Made by a program: the position numbers and the translations under genes. A DNA stretch of 64,000 nucleotides from Fimbriosthenelais zetlandica (taxonomy: Eukaryota), in NCBI GenBank assembly GCA_977030845.1, contig OZ365109.1, positions 54,498,001 through 54,562,000 of the forward strand. The letters are read 5' to 3'. Below, in pieces: positions 11,882-23,760 of this stretch; positions within the stretch are counted from its first letter, which is position 1, and every line of letters starts with the position of its first letter. Below the pieces are notes generated by a model. It was not told where the DNA came from, did no database searches, and saw only the letters and a program-made list of their open reading frames with translations.

Positions 11882-14410
11882 TAGGATAATTAAATTATTT
11901 ATGAGTTTCGTTAACTATATCCACATCTACATTCATGATTTTCGCATGCAGCTTTTTTCATTGTAACGTTAGGCCTATTTATGTATAGAATGAATTGTGT
12001 GAGTCTACGGAGAGGCCTAGATTAGGCCTATGCCAAGATCAGTTCTATAATTTTAGATTTTTATTTGAAATAAAATACTTTTTACTATAAACCCTGTAGT
12101 TTTTTTTCATGACTGAAGGGTAAATGACTACATGTACATAATTCTGGCGTGTATTATTTATAGGCCCTAATGATGAAAATATTATATGGAATTCAGCTTA
12201 GATTCTGGATCCAGAACATCATATGATCAGGATTGCAAGCAGCTCATTGCATAGGCCTAAGTGCAAGGCTTGTACGTAGCCCCTGTAGACCTATATATCA
12301 TCAATCATACATATTATGTATCCAAACAACGAGTATACATACTCGTTGATCCAAATCAATGCACGTTCTTATCGGTCACCACCCAGAACCCATGTTTACA
12401 ACCCATTCAGCCCAGATACCTATAAATAGCCTCATTTCCAAGGTTAATCCCTAAATAAAAACAAGGTCATGCTGCCTCCATTACATTTATTGGCCTACAT
12501 GTTTGGTGATTGACATGACCTATATATATATATGTTATTGAGCCTCCACTATGAAGCGAGTCTCAGAAAAGAATTAGTCCCTATCAATGTAGGTCTACGC
12601 TAAGATATCATGAAGTGTTTTTCTCGAGAAGTAGGCTAGTTTAATTATAAGGCTAATTATATTCTAATTAGGTCAATTTTAAATTTCTATGGTACACTAA
12701 ACAAAAAAATGTACTAATCAAGTATAAAACTATTGCACATTCACCTTTCTGCACTTAGTTAACACCCATACTGTCCCACTCCCCCAGATTTCCCCCACCC
12801 TCTTGTCTTCCTGAATCGGGGTTAATGGTACCATCAGCTTAGATCTACTACACACCTCTCTCTTCTACCTCCTCCCCTCCCGCCTCCGCCAGGGGAAGAC
12901 CTAACCATTCAGTCATCAGACAGGGGTGGCCGCTTCACAAATCACTCACCCATTTAACAAAAAAACATATTTTACCAGAAACTGGCCCAATAATATCATA
13001 TCCTATACAATATTGCTTTTAGTGTTAGAGTTACCAATCTTAGATATTTTGTAGAAGAATGTATGGGAACTGTGCAATTCCCCACAGCCCCCAGTCTGAA
13101 AGGATGGCTTGGCCCAGAAAGGATCAATTAGTGTTCAGGGAGAGAGCAACGGGAAAAACTGGTGTTCCCCCTCGTAAAGCTTTAGATATTCCCTGCGGAT
13201 CGGTTATTGTGATACAGAGCCTTTGGTGTGAGCATTTGTTGTGTTATCTGCATTGCAATTTTCCGTTTTTATAGTTAAAATGTGAAGAATGTCTTAAGAA
13301 ACTTGTCTGGAACGAGTATAAAAAAAAATCAGTTGCGTGGATTATTACGGCAATGTGCTCAGCGAACCGTAATAAATGGAGTTCTAAACGAGGTGGTCAG
13401 AATCTTCCATTCTTATCCTGTGTAGGAAGATTCACATGTAAAGCACACATTATGTAAAGGTCTATATTGCAAAAACATTTTATTTTAAATATATGCATAA
13501 TAATTATAGGCCTATATAATTATATATATATGCATGAGGGTTGACGTAATTAAAATTTGAACTAATGAAGGTCAGATCAACATAATGTTATAATCATTAT
13601 TCCATTTTTTCCCATATAGGCTACTTCTTCCTCTTTTCTTTTTTTATAACCCACTTCCTCGGGGAAAGAAAGCGCGCACTCATGGCACTCCAAACAAAAT
13701 CTTGCCCGCGGGAATGTTTAAGTGGGAGAGAGCGGGGACCCGGACAGAAGTCGGTTAATGTATGAAGGAGTAAACACCTGCGAGCCGGTACCCGGTCTGT
13801 CTCGACGCGTCCTCGTCATGAAACCACCGCCCAAAACAAACAGGTAGGCCTACATGTACCCGGACACCATGAGGCCAGTCCATTCTCTGAGGTTCAGAGG
13901 GGTGGCAGGTATGAGGTGAGAAATTGATACTCATTGGCCCAGATGTCAAAAATGAGTGATATCCTCAGAAGTGCATCATTTTGAGGTCAATGGCATGAAG
14001 GTCATTGTACGACCTTTATGGTTTGACCTGATAACCGTTACCGTTATGGAAAAGAGGTCAGGTCCTTAACTGAACAATAAAATGAATGAGTAGGCCTACA
14101 TATAGTTTTCACCTGCAATTCACCCCTCTATTTGTAGTAGGCATAGCCATAATGTCAAAATCAACTACAGATAGGCCGAAAAAGCGGAACATTCCTAGAA
14201 AATTGATAATACTATTATCACTGGGTATGTTCATTGTCGATGGGAAATGATACGTTTCCACTGGCGTCAATTAAAAGTGTTACTGTTAGTAGTACATGAA
14301 AAGTTGCATTGCTCGCCTCATTCAAAGTGCTGAATGGAAAAATAAATTTCCCTTTTATGCCGGGCCCCCATATAGGCGATTCTCCTTGCGCTAAACTATT
14401 TCTGGACACG

Positions 14411-14483
14411 CCCAATGCTTGTAATTTTAACAGTCCTTTACACCTAGCTAAGGCTAACCACTGACAAAATTACAAGCATTGGG
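14411..14483. other. Inverted repeat/hairpin with an 18-bp perfect stem
   Basis: CCCAATGCTTGTAATTTT (14411-14428) is the reverse complement of AAAATTACAAGCATTGGG (14466-14483). An inner CAGT/ACTG pair extends the stem. Confidence 0.85.
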
Positions 14484-17400
14484 TCTGACTAGAAATATGA
14501 TATCGCACATCAATCGCTTGGATAATCGCCTATATTAGTACTGTACGGATTCTTCAGAAACGACTTCAGTCATACATTCACGATCCTGTGCTGATGGTAT
14601 TCAAGGAGCGTGACACATATATGCCTATAGATATATAGGCTATGCCTGGGATTTCATCAAATTAGGATGTTGACATCCACCCCCTCTCTTTGGCCGAATA
14701 ACCCACACTTTCAGACAGAAATAGCCATCCTATTTAGGGAGCACCACCATGCAGCGCCAGTAGGCCTCCACAGTATCTGGGTTGGTTTATTGGTTTATAG
14801 CCTAATTAGACCTAGTACCTGTTTTTCCCTCACACAGGCGCTGACGTTCAAGGGTAGAAGCAAGAGGAAGAAGACGGTCGCTACAAATATAATCCAGTCT
14901 TGCACAATTCCCTGTTTGAAAATTTAAATTCAGAAAAATAAGAAAAACATGATGAAGCAATCTTCAAGACATTGTCTAAGAAGGGGTAGCCTAATTTATA
15001 ATGAAAGCAGAACGTTAAGTTAAACTAGTCATAATGTTACCAGTAATCATTAATAATCCCATTTCCCCTGCCAGACTAACCTTTAAAAATCCACTAAGCC
15101 ATTATAATATCATCATGGTATACCCGGGAAAGTTTTACAAGACAGTCTCACAACTCAATGATTAACCTCGTTAAATCAGGCAGCGTTTATCTTTAGAGAT
15201 CAAGTATTCAATTGCATTACCAAGAATTCTGATGATTCATATAGAATATAACTATAGAATTAATTTATAGGAATAGACTGAAGGCAATTATCTACCTCCT
15301 GTCCAGGTCGCCAATTACAATCAGCCTAAAACCTGTGTACATAACAAATACCCTCTGTGAGAGAAAGATGTGTATTGAGAGGCAGACTAAAAATCATAGA
15401 TGAGTACCAAAAAACACACTTCAAACCTTAATATTTACTTAAAAACTTAATATATAAATGTATCTAATGCCTGTTACTCTGTTAAAATAAACTTTGAAAT
15501 TTAAATATTTCAAAAATTCACTTTTTGACATAATTCCTCATGCAAGGACTAAGTGCTTTCCAAACATAGAAAAAGTAAAATCTTTTGTTCTAGGCCCACA
15601 TAAAGCAACTCCACACCTAAATCCATCTATTTGTAATTCCTATTCCACTATGTGTAAAGTGAACATTTTCAAACTTCTGTCTAGACTCTTGTCTCTAAGC
15701 AAAGTACTGGTACTTAACTGCAGTAACAACACAGCCTCCAAGCCCTCTATTCTAATCCTCCACTCTTGCACCCACCCACCCACCATTCTGACCTGTTGCC
15801 ATGGCTACGAGAGAGTTTCCTCCTAGACTTGACCACAACTTCTTGGTCATACCTCTAAGCATACACACCAGTCAGGGTCTCCCCCTAGACTTGACCACAA
15901 ACCCCTTGGCTGTATATAATTCTTTTGGATAATCACTTATTGTGTCAAAGTAATCAATTTCAGGCTAATGTTTTTAAATATGAGAGAACAGAAACTAAAC
16001 TCTGGATAGGTATTACAAATTGTAGATGCAGATATTCTCTACCTTATACTTAACCTAATTCTCTCAGTGCCAGGAGAGGCATATAAGTTTCACTGTTACA
16101 TGTGGACTCAAATGCTTCAATTACCAGAGATGTTTCATGGCTTTCATTCAAAAGAAGCTGAACATTTCATTTTGCAATCAATCTTCTCATTAAATAGAGG
16201 CCATTGTTATGATTGACCAGCAGAGTTATTCACTGAACAGTTCAAATAAAAAATAGGATTAATGAAAGAAAGACTTAGGCAAGTCTCTGTCCAATAATCC
16301 TGACCCCCCTGCAAGTGGCCAGTGGAGGGCGGGGGGCTGCTGCAGGTGCTACCTTGATCCCCTAGCTCCAAGTGACCTTTGTCTTAAATTTTGTGTATTG
16401 AATTGTATATATAGAAAAAATTACTGGACTGCATAATGCAATACATGTATGCAAAGGTCTATTTTTGTGCTTTTTTTGTCTGGTACATACTAAGCTCTAT
16501 CTTTAAAAATAAACTTGCCAGAGTGAAAAAAACATGAAAATATTGACCAAAATGGAAAATATTAAAAAAATCATAACAAATCAACTTATCAGTGTAATAC
16601 ATAATGCAATATAGGTATCAACAGGTCTTTTTATGTAGTTTAATTCATCTAATTCATTTTAAGCTTTATCTTTAATAATAAACTTGCTGGATTGAATAAA
16701 CTGAAAATATTGGGTTAATTAGATTTTACATCAATGTGACGTCATTTACGTCACATGGGTCTTCACCAAAAACTATTTTTCAGATACGCCCCACCCAAAG
16801 GATTCTTATTAACCAAGTGTAATCAATTTCTAACATTTTTTAATTGGGAAGAAATGGCATTTGAGAGATTTCATACCCCTGACCTAATTACACATAACTA
16901 ATTAGGTCAAAGGTCAAATATGTAGGTCAACTTATAGTCCATCATGTATCTTTACACTACATACCATTCATCTTATTCTAGATCCGCATGGGTCCAAAAA
17001 AATTACAATCAAATTTTACCAATTTGGCTGGTTTGGTGACGTCATATGACGTCATGTGATGACGTATGACATCCATTCATCACATGTGACCACTCCTTAC
17101 TATGGTCTACAATATGTGTGAAAACCAGATTCCTAGCTCTAATATAAACCCGTTTTTCATCAAAAGTCTAACTACAACATTAATAAAAAAAAAAAAAAAA
17201 AAAAAAAATAATAGTGTAGAACAACGAGCACAAAATCTAAAACCCCATTTTCCCCATAAAGGGGAAATGGGATTAATTCTCTTTTTAGTCCTTGTCACCA
17301 CCAACAATCTGCAAGAAAATATAATGAACCTTAACATATCGATTGGGCTATGAACCATTAAGAATTCAGTCCACATCTTGGCAAGTCTATGTCCTTTCCA

Positions 17401-19882
17401 TCTCCTGTCTCATTCAGAAAGGTCAAGGCCAAACAGACGCTGTACTCGCCGCTCCCTTGACCCAATGGCTTTTTCCATTCATCCCTGATCCTCACCACTT
17501 CAACCCACTCCCACCTCTCTCAGGTGGTGACCTCGTCAGGACGTCGACTCCCACTCGCGACCTCGCGATCTCCATGAGGTCAGACGTCTGGTGACGTCAC
17601 ACTGCTGCGTCGGTCTCGGTCACGTGAGCCTCGATGTGGCTGCAATGAAAGCGAGGCAGCGTTACAAAACTGGGATACTCAGGTCAAAACTGACACGTGC
17701 CAATTCTCGTGCTGACTTGCTCGAGACGAGATCACGAGAGCTGATTGACACCTGCCAGTGGGGCGGGCGAGAGCCTCGCTTTGGCTGAAGGCAGTGTTGG
17801 CAAACCTCGTTTTGGGAAAGGGGGACTGAATCCGGGGACTGAATGGGCTGAGTCTGAAGGGGAGGAAGGTAGGAGGTGCGCTGCTTGATGTATAGTAGCC
17901 TACACCTACTTAGTAGAGGCAGGATGCAGCAGTTACAGGAGCTCCTTAGGTAAAAGTGGCCTTTAAAAGCTTAAGTAGGCCTAGGTGCCATCCCATTGAT
18001 CCAATAATTATCACAGAATGAACTTTTCAATAGGGCCTATAATTATTATTATGTCAAATATCCCCATGTGTCTACAAACATTAAATATATGAGTATCCTA
18101 GGCCTGTAGGCCTATAGGCCTAATGCATTTGTTCAATGGTCGCGCCCCAATACCTTCAATACGGGGAATCCCATAAAAAGAATACGTATTGGCTATGACA
18201 TTATTTACCTTTGCCTGAATTATTAATGTATGCAACAGTAGGCAAAATCTTGGAAGTGAGCAAGGGGCAGGGGGAAAAGCTGGGCCTCTACCTATATTAT
18301 TAGTACATGGCCTGACCCGGTTCAGGCAAGTGTAGGTATATAATAGTGGCATGGATTTCAAAACAAGCGTGTTTAGTTGGAACTGGATATCTATATATAA
18401 TATCTTCCCTACTTTTAATACAAAACAGTTCCGATTTAGAACACAGGTCGATAAGTAGGCTGAAGCTTGCGACGTGTTGGGTGTCCATACAGTAGGGGGC
18501 CTATATATGCTAACATGACGTCATGCATTTATCAATTTCCTGTTGGCTGCAGTCATATTGGCCGCGATACACACATATGTGCATAATGTAGGCTATATGG
18601 ATGATAGTGCTTATAGGCATATAAGTTATAGGGGCCTTTATACACGAGCTTTTATACATTTTGTAGGCCTACATACAAATTAAAGTACCTGCATGATTGT
18701 CTATCAATCAATGGATAGATCCATGTAAATATAATTTTGCGTCTTCCCCACGTTTCTTTCTTTTCGTTTTTATTTTCTTGTTGCTGGGACAACAAACTAA
18801 AGTTCTAGCCGACGCGGAAAGCATCCAGTGTCTGAAAAGAAAGGACAGTTCCAGGAAGGCAAAAAGCCATCCCCAGTACAATACATTCCCCTTGATAGTG
18901 TTCATTGGGGCATCCATAGTAAAAAGAACCATCAGACAAGAAAAATGTGATTAATTTGTTGTTGGCATCTTGGTATGGGCCTATTTAATCAATGTGTCTG
19001 AGTGTGTATCGAGTACTAGGGGGCCGTGACCCCAGAGTACCAGAGCCTGGCGAGACTGTTCAAAAGCACCTGAACGCGTACTGAATGCCGGAATCCCCTG
19101 CATAACCCACTCTGCTGGATCCTCCAGGTCATAGATCATAGTAACATGCCGCACCAAGCGACAACGGTTTGACAGTTGACGTACTAGACTTGTCTCCGTC
19201 CTATAATTCAATATCACATATTAAATATAAATAGATAGAAATGACCGGGCTTTGGGTAATAAGTTTTGTTTAGAAAATTGTTAACAGATGTTGTTTTCAA
19301 CATTTAGGCAATAATGTACATCTGAGTTTGTGACAAGGTAAAACAAATCGTTCAAGGTTCTTAGCCTTTGGCACGTCATAGTACTCCTTGTCGGAATGTA
19401 TTGGCAAGAGTCCGACTAGGGACGAGCCCAATATGCTCTAAACAATGGGTAGGAGAGGTTGGACCTGACCTACACAGATGAAGTGTTAGACTTGGTGCAG
19501 GAGGTTCGGATACCCCTCCTACTCTCGAAAAGTAGACTGATCCCCATTTCACTTAAGGCCAAGAGAATTTTAGTTATTGCAAACATGTTTATAAGTGATG
19601 GTGAGTGTTTTACTTTGTCCTCCTATATTGCTGCCAGTTGAACTTTGCCTGGTCGTTAGCTATTTCCAATTATTAATTAAAATGTTCATAATTATAATAG
19701 CTTTGACTCCTGCATAGACAGGAATTCCTTTTTGCATCCGAGTGGGGACTGGTACTCACAATTCTCGTCATACATATCCAACATTTTCCTTGCCCTTAAT
19801 TCAGTTTAAAGCCCTGCTATCAATCAACCCAATTAACAAGCTAATTTTCCACTAATTTTCACCCATGTTGACCGAAGTCAGG

Positions 19883-20776
19883 AGGTCATGTTGACGTCCC
19901 TGGACGGTGGCCGCCGCCAGAGGTCATCCAATGTCCCGTGCACAGAGATGACCTTCTCCCCAACGACCTTAATTCTACAAGAAGGTCAATTGGACTCATG
20001 GGTCAAACCGCCAAACCCCTTGATACATGGTACCAATCAAGGTCACGAGGTAATAAGGTCGTATCCTCAGGTGACCTCGGAGCTTGTCATGTGACAGGTG
20101 ACCCCGCGACCTTCTGGCACCGTTTTTCCACTCACAGACAAAGCCCTGCGTGCGCCGACATGCACTGCTGCTCCCTATCCGACCTTGACATTGATGCTTT
20201 CTCAAGAGTGCTTCCTGGAATCTAAAGAAGTGTGCCACCTGTACTAAGCTAAAGATACCGAGACAATTGGAGTTTTTAATCAAATGTTTGGTCTCGTTAA
20301 ATTTTTTATTAAAGACCCTGCCAAAGAAGGGAAATATATATTATTCAGGCGGCGTTTTGTTTGAGAATTATGCACGCCTTTCCTTGTGTTTGAAGGGCTT
20401 CTCATTCCAATAATTAGGCTTATATTATGATGATAAGTATAAATGTTTTTCAGTGTAACATCCTTGGATGTTTGGAAGAGTCACGGGTTCGGAGGGTTCA
20501 CATTGAGTTCAGGACCGCGAGCTGGCCAGAGCTCGAACCGAGTGCATATTGTCTAAAAATAGTTCCAAATCGGACTGACATTTTGATTAATGCGCCATCA
20601 TCGCCGACCGAGGTCACTGTCCTAGCAGAACCCAGAACTGGTGACCTTGAACCCTGAAAGAAGGCCCTGACCATTGCCCACCACTGACCCCTCGGTGACC
20701 CATCAATGTGCTTCTCTCACTAATATATCATAGCCGGGTCATCCAATTTATGTCATGAACCCATCAAAGTTGACCC
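19883..20776. promoter_or_regulatory. Clusters of nuclear-receptor half-sites (RGGTCA), candidate enhancers
   Basis: Seven RGGTCA/TGACCY sites fall in 19883-20104 and six in 20611-20776, in GC-richer non-coding islands. Confidence 0.45.
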
Positions 20777-23025
20777 CGACCTTCTATCAACCTTAGTATC
20801 AACTCTCCTCAAGGCCTACCCTCTCCTATATATCACAACCGGATAGGTAAATGATAGTTCCATTATCGTAGAGTAAATTTACTTTAAGATATCATGCAGT
20901 GAATGGTTGGGAAATGTCACTGGAAGTCCAGGAATACTTATATCGTTATTATTTCCATGGTGCACTTGCATAAGGTGAATGTCGAATTTATTTATTAATT
21001 GTATTGGAAATGTAGGCAGTCATATACAATCTTATAAGTTCTAATTCTGACAAAAAATCTATATACACATGTATAGGAACATCATTAGCCTAAGTTTCTT
21101 CTGGGAATTCTTGCCTCAAATCAATCGTTTGTCAACACAAGACAGTGGAAAAAAGAAGGATATTGTCCTTGAACCCCATAGGCTATAGTAGGCTATAATA
21201 GAAGGGTTTATATTTCTGCCGGACACCCCAGATCACTTGTAGATCACTTCTCGATGTGTCCTTATAGGGGCATTATGGTCAGGTGCAATCCCTTCACCCT
21301 GATCTCCTGGTTTTTAGCTTTCTTCTACTAGACTTGCTCTTTTTTGAATGCTGATTCTCGATAATATTATATATATGGAGAGTGATCCCACTTTCTTGGG
21401 AGGGGGTCAAGTTATAAATTGAAATTGATATAAATTCAGATTGATCCTTCAGAGGAAAACAAATTGCAAATCAATTAATGTCCTGTTATGGCCTATACTA
21501 TCATGGGAGCCCTGAATCCGTCTATTAGTCTGTTGAGTTTCTCTTGCTGCACCTCGTGAGGATATAGTCAGGTTGGTGAACCTCCACAGCCTACTTCCCC
21601 ACTCCGCACTAATGGGGCCACCTGGAGGACATATCACGAGTCACCAAGGTCAGTCAGCCTCGCTCCCTTTCCTGAAACGCCCAATGAGGCCATGTCAGGT
21701 CACCAGCCTCGTTTACGTTCACTCAAGGTCAGGTGGGGACACGGGGGGCAGTCAGGGAGTGGACAATAAATGTCTTCCAGTCACTCTTTGATTTAAGGCC
21801 AGGAAATGGCTGCCTACTAGCTTGGAAATTGATCTATTGGAAACAGAATGATTTATTTCACGATGCCCTGATCAAACATTCAAACCAGGTTTCTCGATGA
21901 GACCAGAGAGTTACGTACTTTAAGATTAGACCTTGCTATGTAACCTCAGATGCTGCAACGACGACAAACACGTGGCCAATAGTGCAGAAGTGTGGAGATC
22001 AAGGTTGGGTACATTTGTGGGGACAAATGTGTGTACAATGGAGGGATAAGTGCACACACGTGGACCAATGCGGCAATATTGAACGCGAGTGACTGAGTGA
22101 TACCATTAAAGCCAGGGAACGGTCTCATGCCCATCCACGGTTCTGCAATATTGCAATTAACCCACTAATTATCTCAAATTAATGCATCCTCCCACTTTTA
22201 ATCATCTACCGTAAACGCTACGATTAGCTGCCATACTAGAAGATAACGTGTCTTTAATTGAATATTGATACTACTGCAATTTTAGTGACTGGGAAACAAA
22301 TTCTTTTAAAATGGTAAAATCCATTCAAACGATAGCCTAGAGAAACAGGATAATTATTTAAATGAAACAATATCCAAATCTGCATATCTGCCATTGGGGT
22401 GACAAGCGGGGTCTTTCATCGCCAACTACCCTCTCCAAACACATTATGGTACAGTCCAAATATTATGTCCTCGCGATGGATATGTACATGTCTCGCCCCT
22501 GCGACAAATAGGGACGAATCCACTACTCCCAGACAGGGGATGAAGGTTGACTCTGTGGAGGCCAAAATAAAGCATCTGTCAAGGCCATGTCTGTGGCTTA
22601 TCAGCACTAGTCAAGGACAGAGAGTCTATATTTCTTCACCTGGTTGACCCTTTCACCAGCCACATATATCCATCCCCATAAATAAACCCTTGTCATTTTC
22701 TCTCCTTTCCAGAAATAATTCCAGGGAGGCTGGAGTGAGGGAAACAATCTAACTGTTGCTTTTCATGGCCTAGCCCGGTCTGGAGAATAGAGGTCGGTGT
22801 CTGGGTTGAGCTGTGTTAGTTCCCTTCCAGGGAAAACAAGAAAAACAAATAAAAACAAAAATGAGGGCGATCTGGCTAAGGAAGACCTTGTTATTGACCT
22901 GCGTCTCCACCCTGAGTAGCCTAGGCGTAAATAGAATATAGGTCTAATTCATTCTTCATTATTTCTCTAAATATTTTCTTGTTTTTCTTGATTTTAGGCA
23001 TATACTCCTGTCACTCCAGGCGTTG

Positions 23026-23182
23026 TACAATAAAATCGTCGATGGCGAGGGATCGGCGAGGGTGCCCTCGTCGAGCGATGAAGTGCTGCATTTTGGAAAA
23101 GAAGTGCTGTTTTCTCAAAGACATTGCAATTTCTCCACGAGGGTACCCTCGCCGATCCCTCGCCATCGGCGATTTTCTTGTA
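23026..23182. mobile_element. MITE-like foldback element with putative TA target-site duplication (Tc1/mariner-type)
   Basis: Imperfect terminal inverted repeats of ~50 bp (CAATAAAATCGTCGATGGCGAGGGATCGGCGAGGGTGCCCTCG / CGAGGGTACCCTCGCCGATCCCTCGCCATCGGCGATTTTCTTG) are flanked by TA at 23026-27 and 23181-82. There is no coding capacity. Confidence 0.6.
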
Positions 23183-23670
23183 CAACAGGGGGTAAGTTCT
23201 TTCGTAACAAAAAAGTCTAGTGTGGGTGGAGGATATAGAGGCAATGGTTATATAAGGACTGCATGCCCTACCATTTTGAAAGGACGCCCACTTAGCAACC
23301 TGTAGGTGGCGCGTTTTTTTGTTGGGCTTGTGCCCTCAGGGCACTTCCAGGTCAGAACCTCTTTTCACTCTTTTCCATCCGCATCCTCTTTATTGACCAT
23401 TGCCACCAATCCACTGTCCAGAGGGGTGGGAGACTATGTTCTCCATTTTCTATCGACATCCGCACTGTTTAACTTTGGAAAAATGAATAGGCCTACTTAA
23501 AATTTTATAGGCCTACTGGTAGGCCTACATAACTAACTTATCTAGTAGGCTACTGAGGTAGTCAATCTTTGGAGATAACTTGGTAAATGTGGACTCATCC
23601 AACAACCCACCACCCCTCGAAAGTTGACCTCATTCGGTAGTAATCCATGCCCATTCATTCACCGACTTAC

Positions 23671-23760
23671 TGCGACCCTGGCGGTGGTGTGTGTAAATAC
23701 CAGCAGTCGCCTAAAAAAGAAGTAGTTCACATACTTCCGGCAGACGACCGCCATTCTCCT
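23671..23760 (-). promoter_or_regulatory. Putative orphan promoter/first exon
   Basis: ETS-type ACTTCCGG at 23733-23740 and a YY1-like AATGGCGG on the minus strand. An ATG at 23754 opens 28 codons that end exactly at a consensus GTAAGT donor (23670). Confidence 0.35.

Noticed and set aside
18981-19217. 78-aa minus-strand ORF with an upstream AG acceptor
   Set aside because: No recognisable domain, and no in-phase upstream exon could be linked.
22979-23305. Four overlapping ORFs on both strands
   Set aside because: An artefact of the GC-rich inverted-repeat element; there is no transposase similarity.
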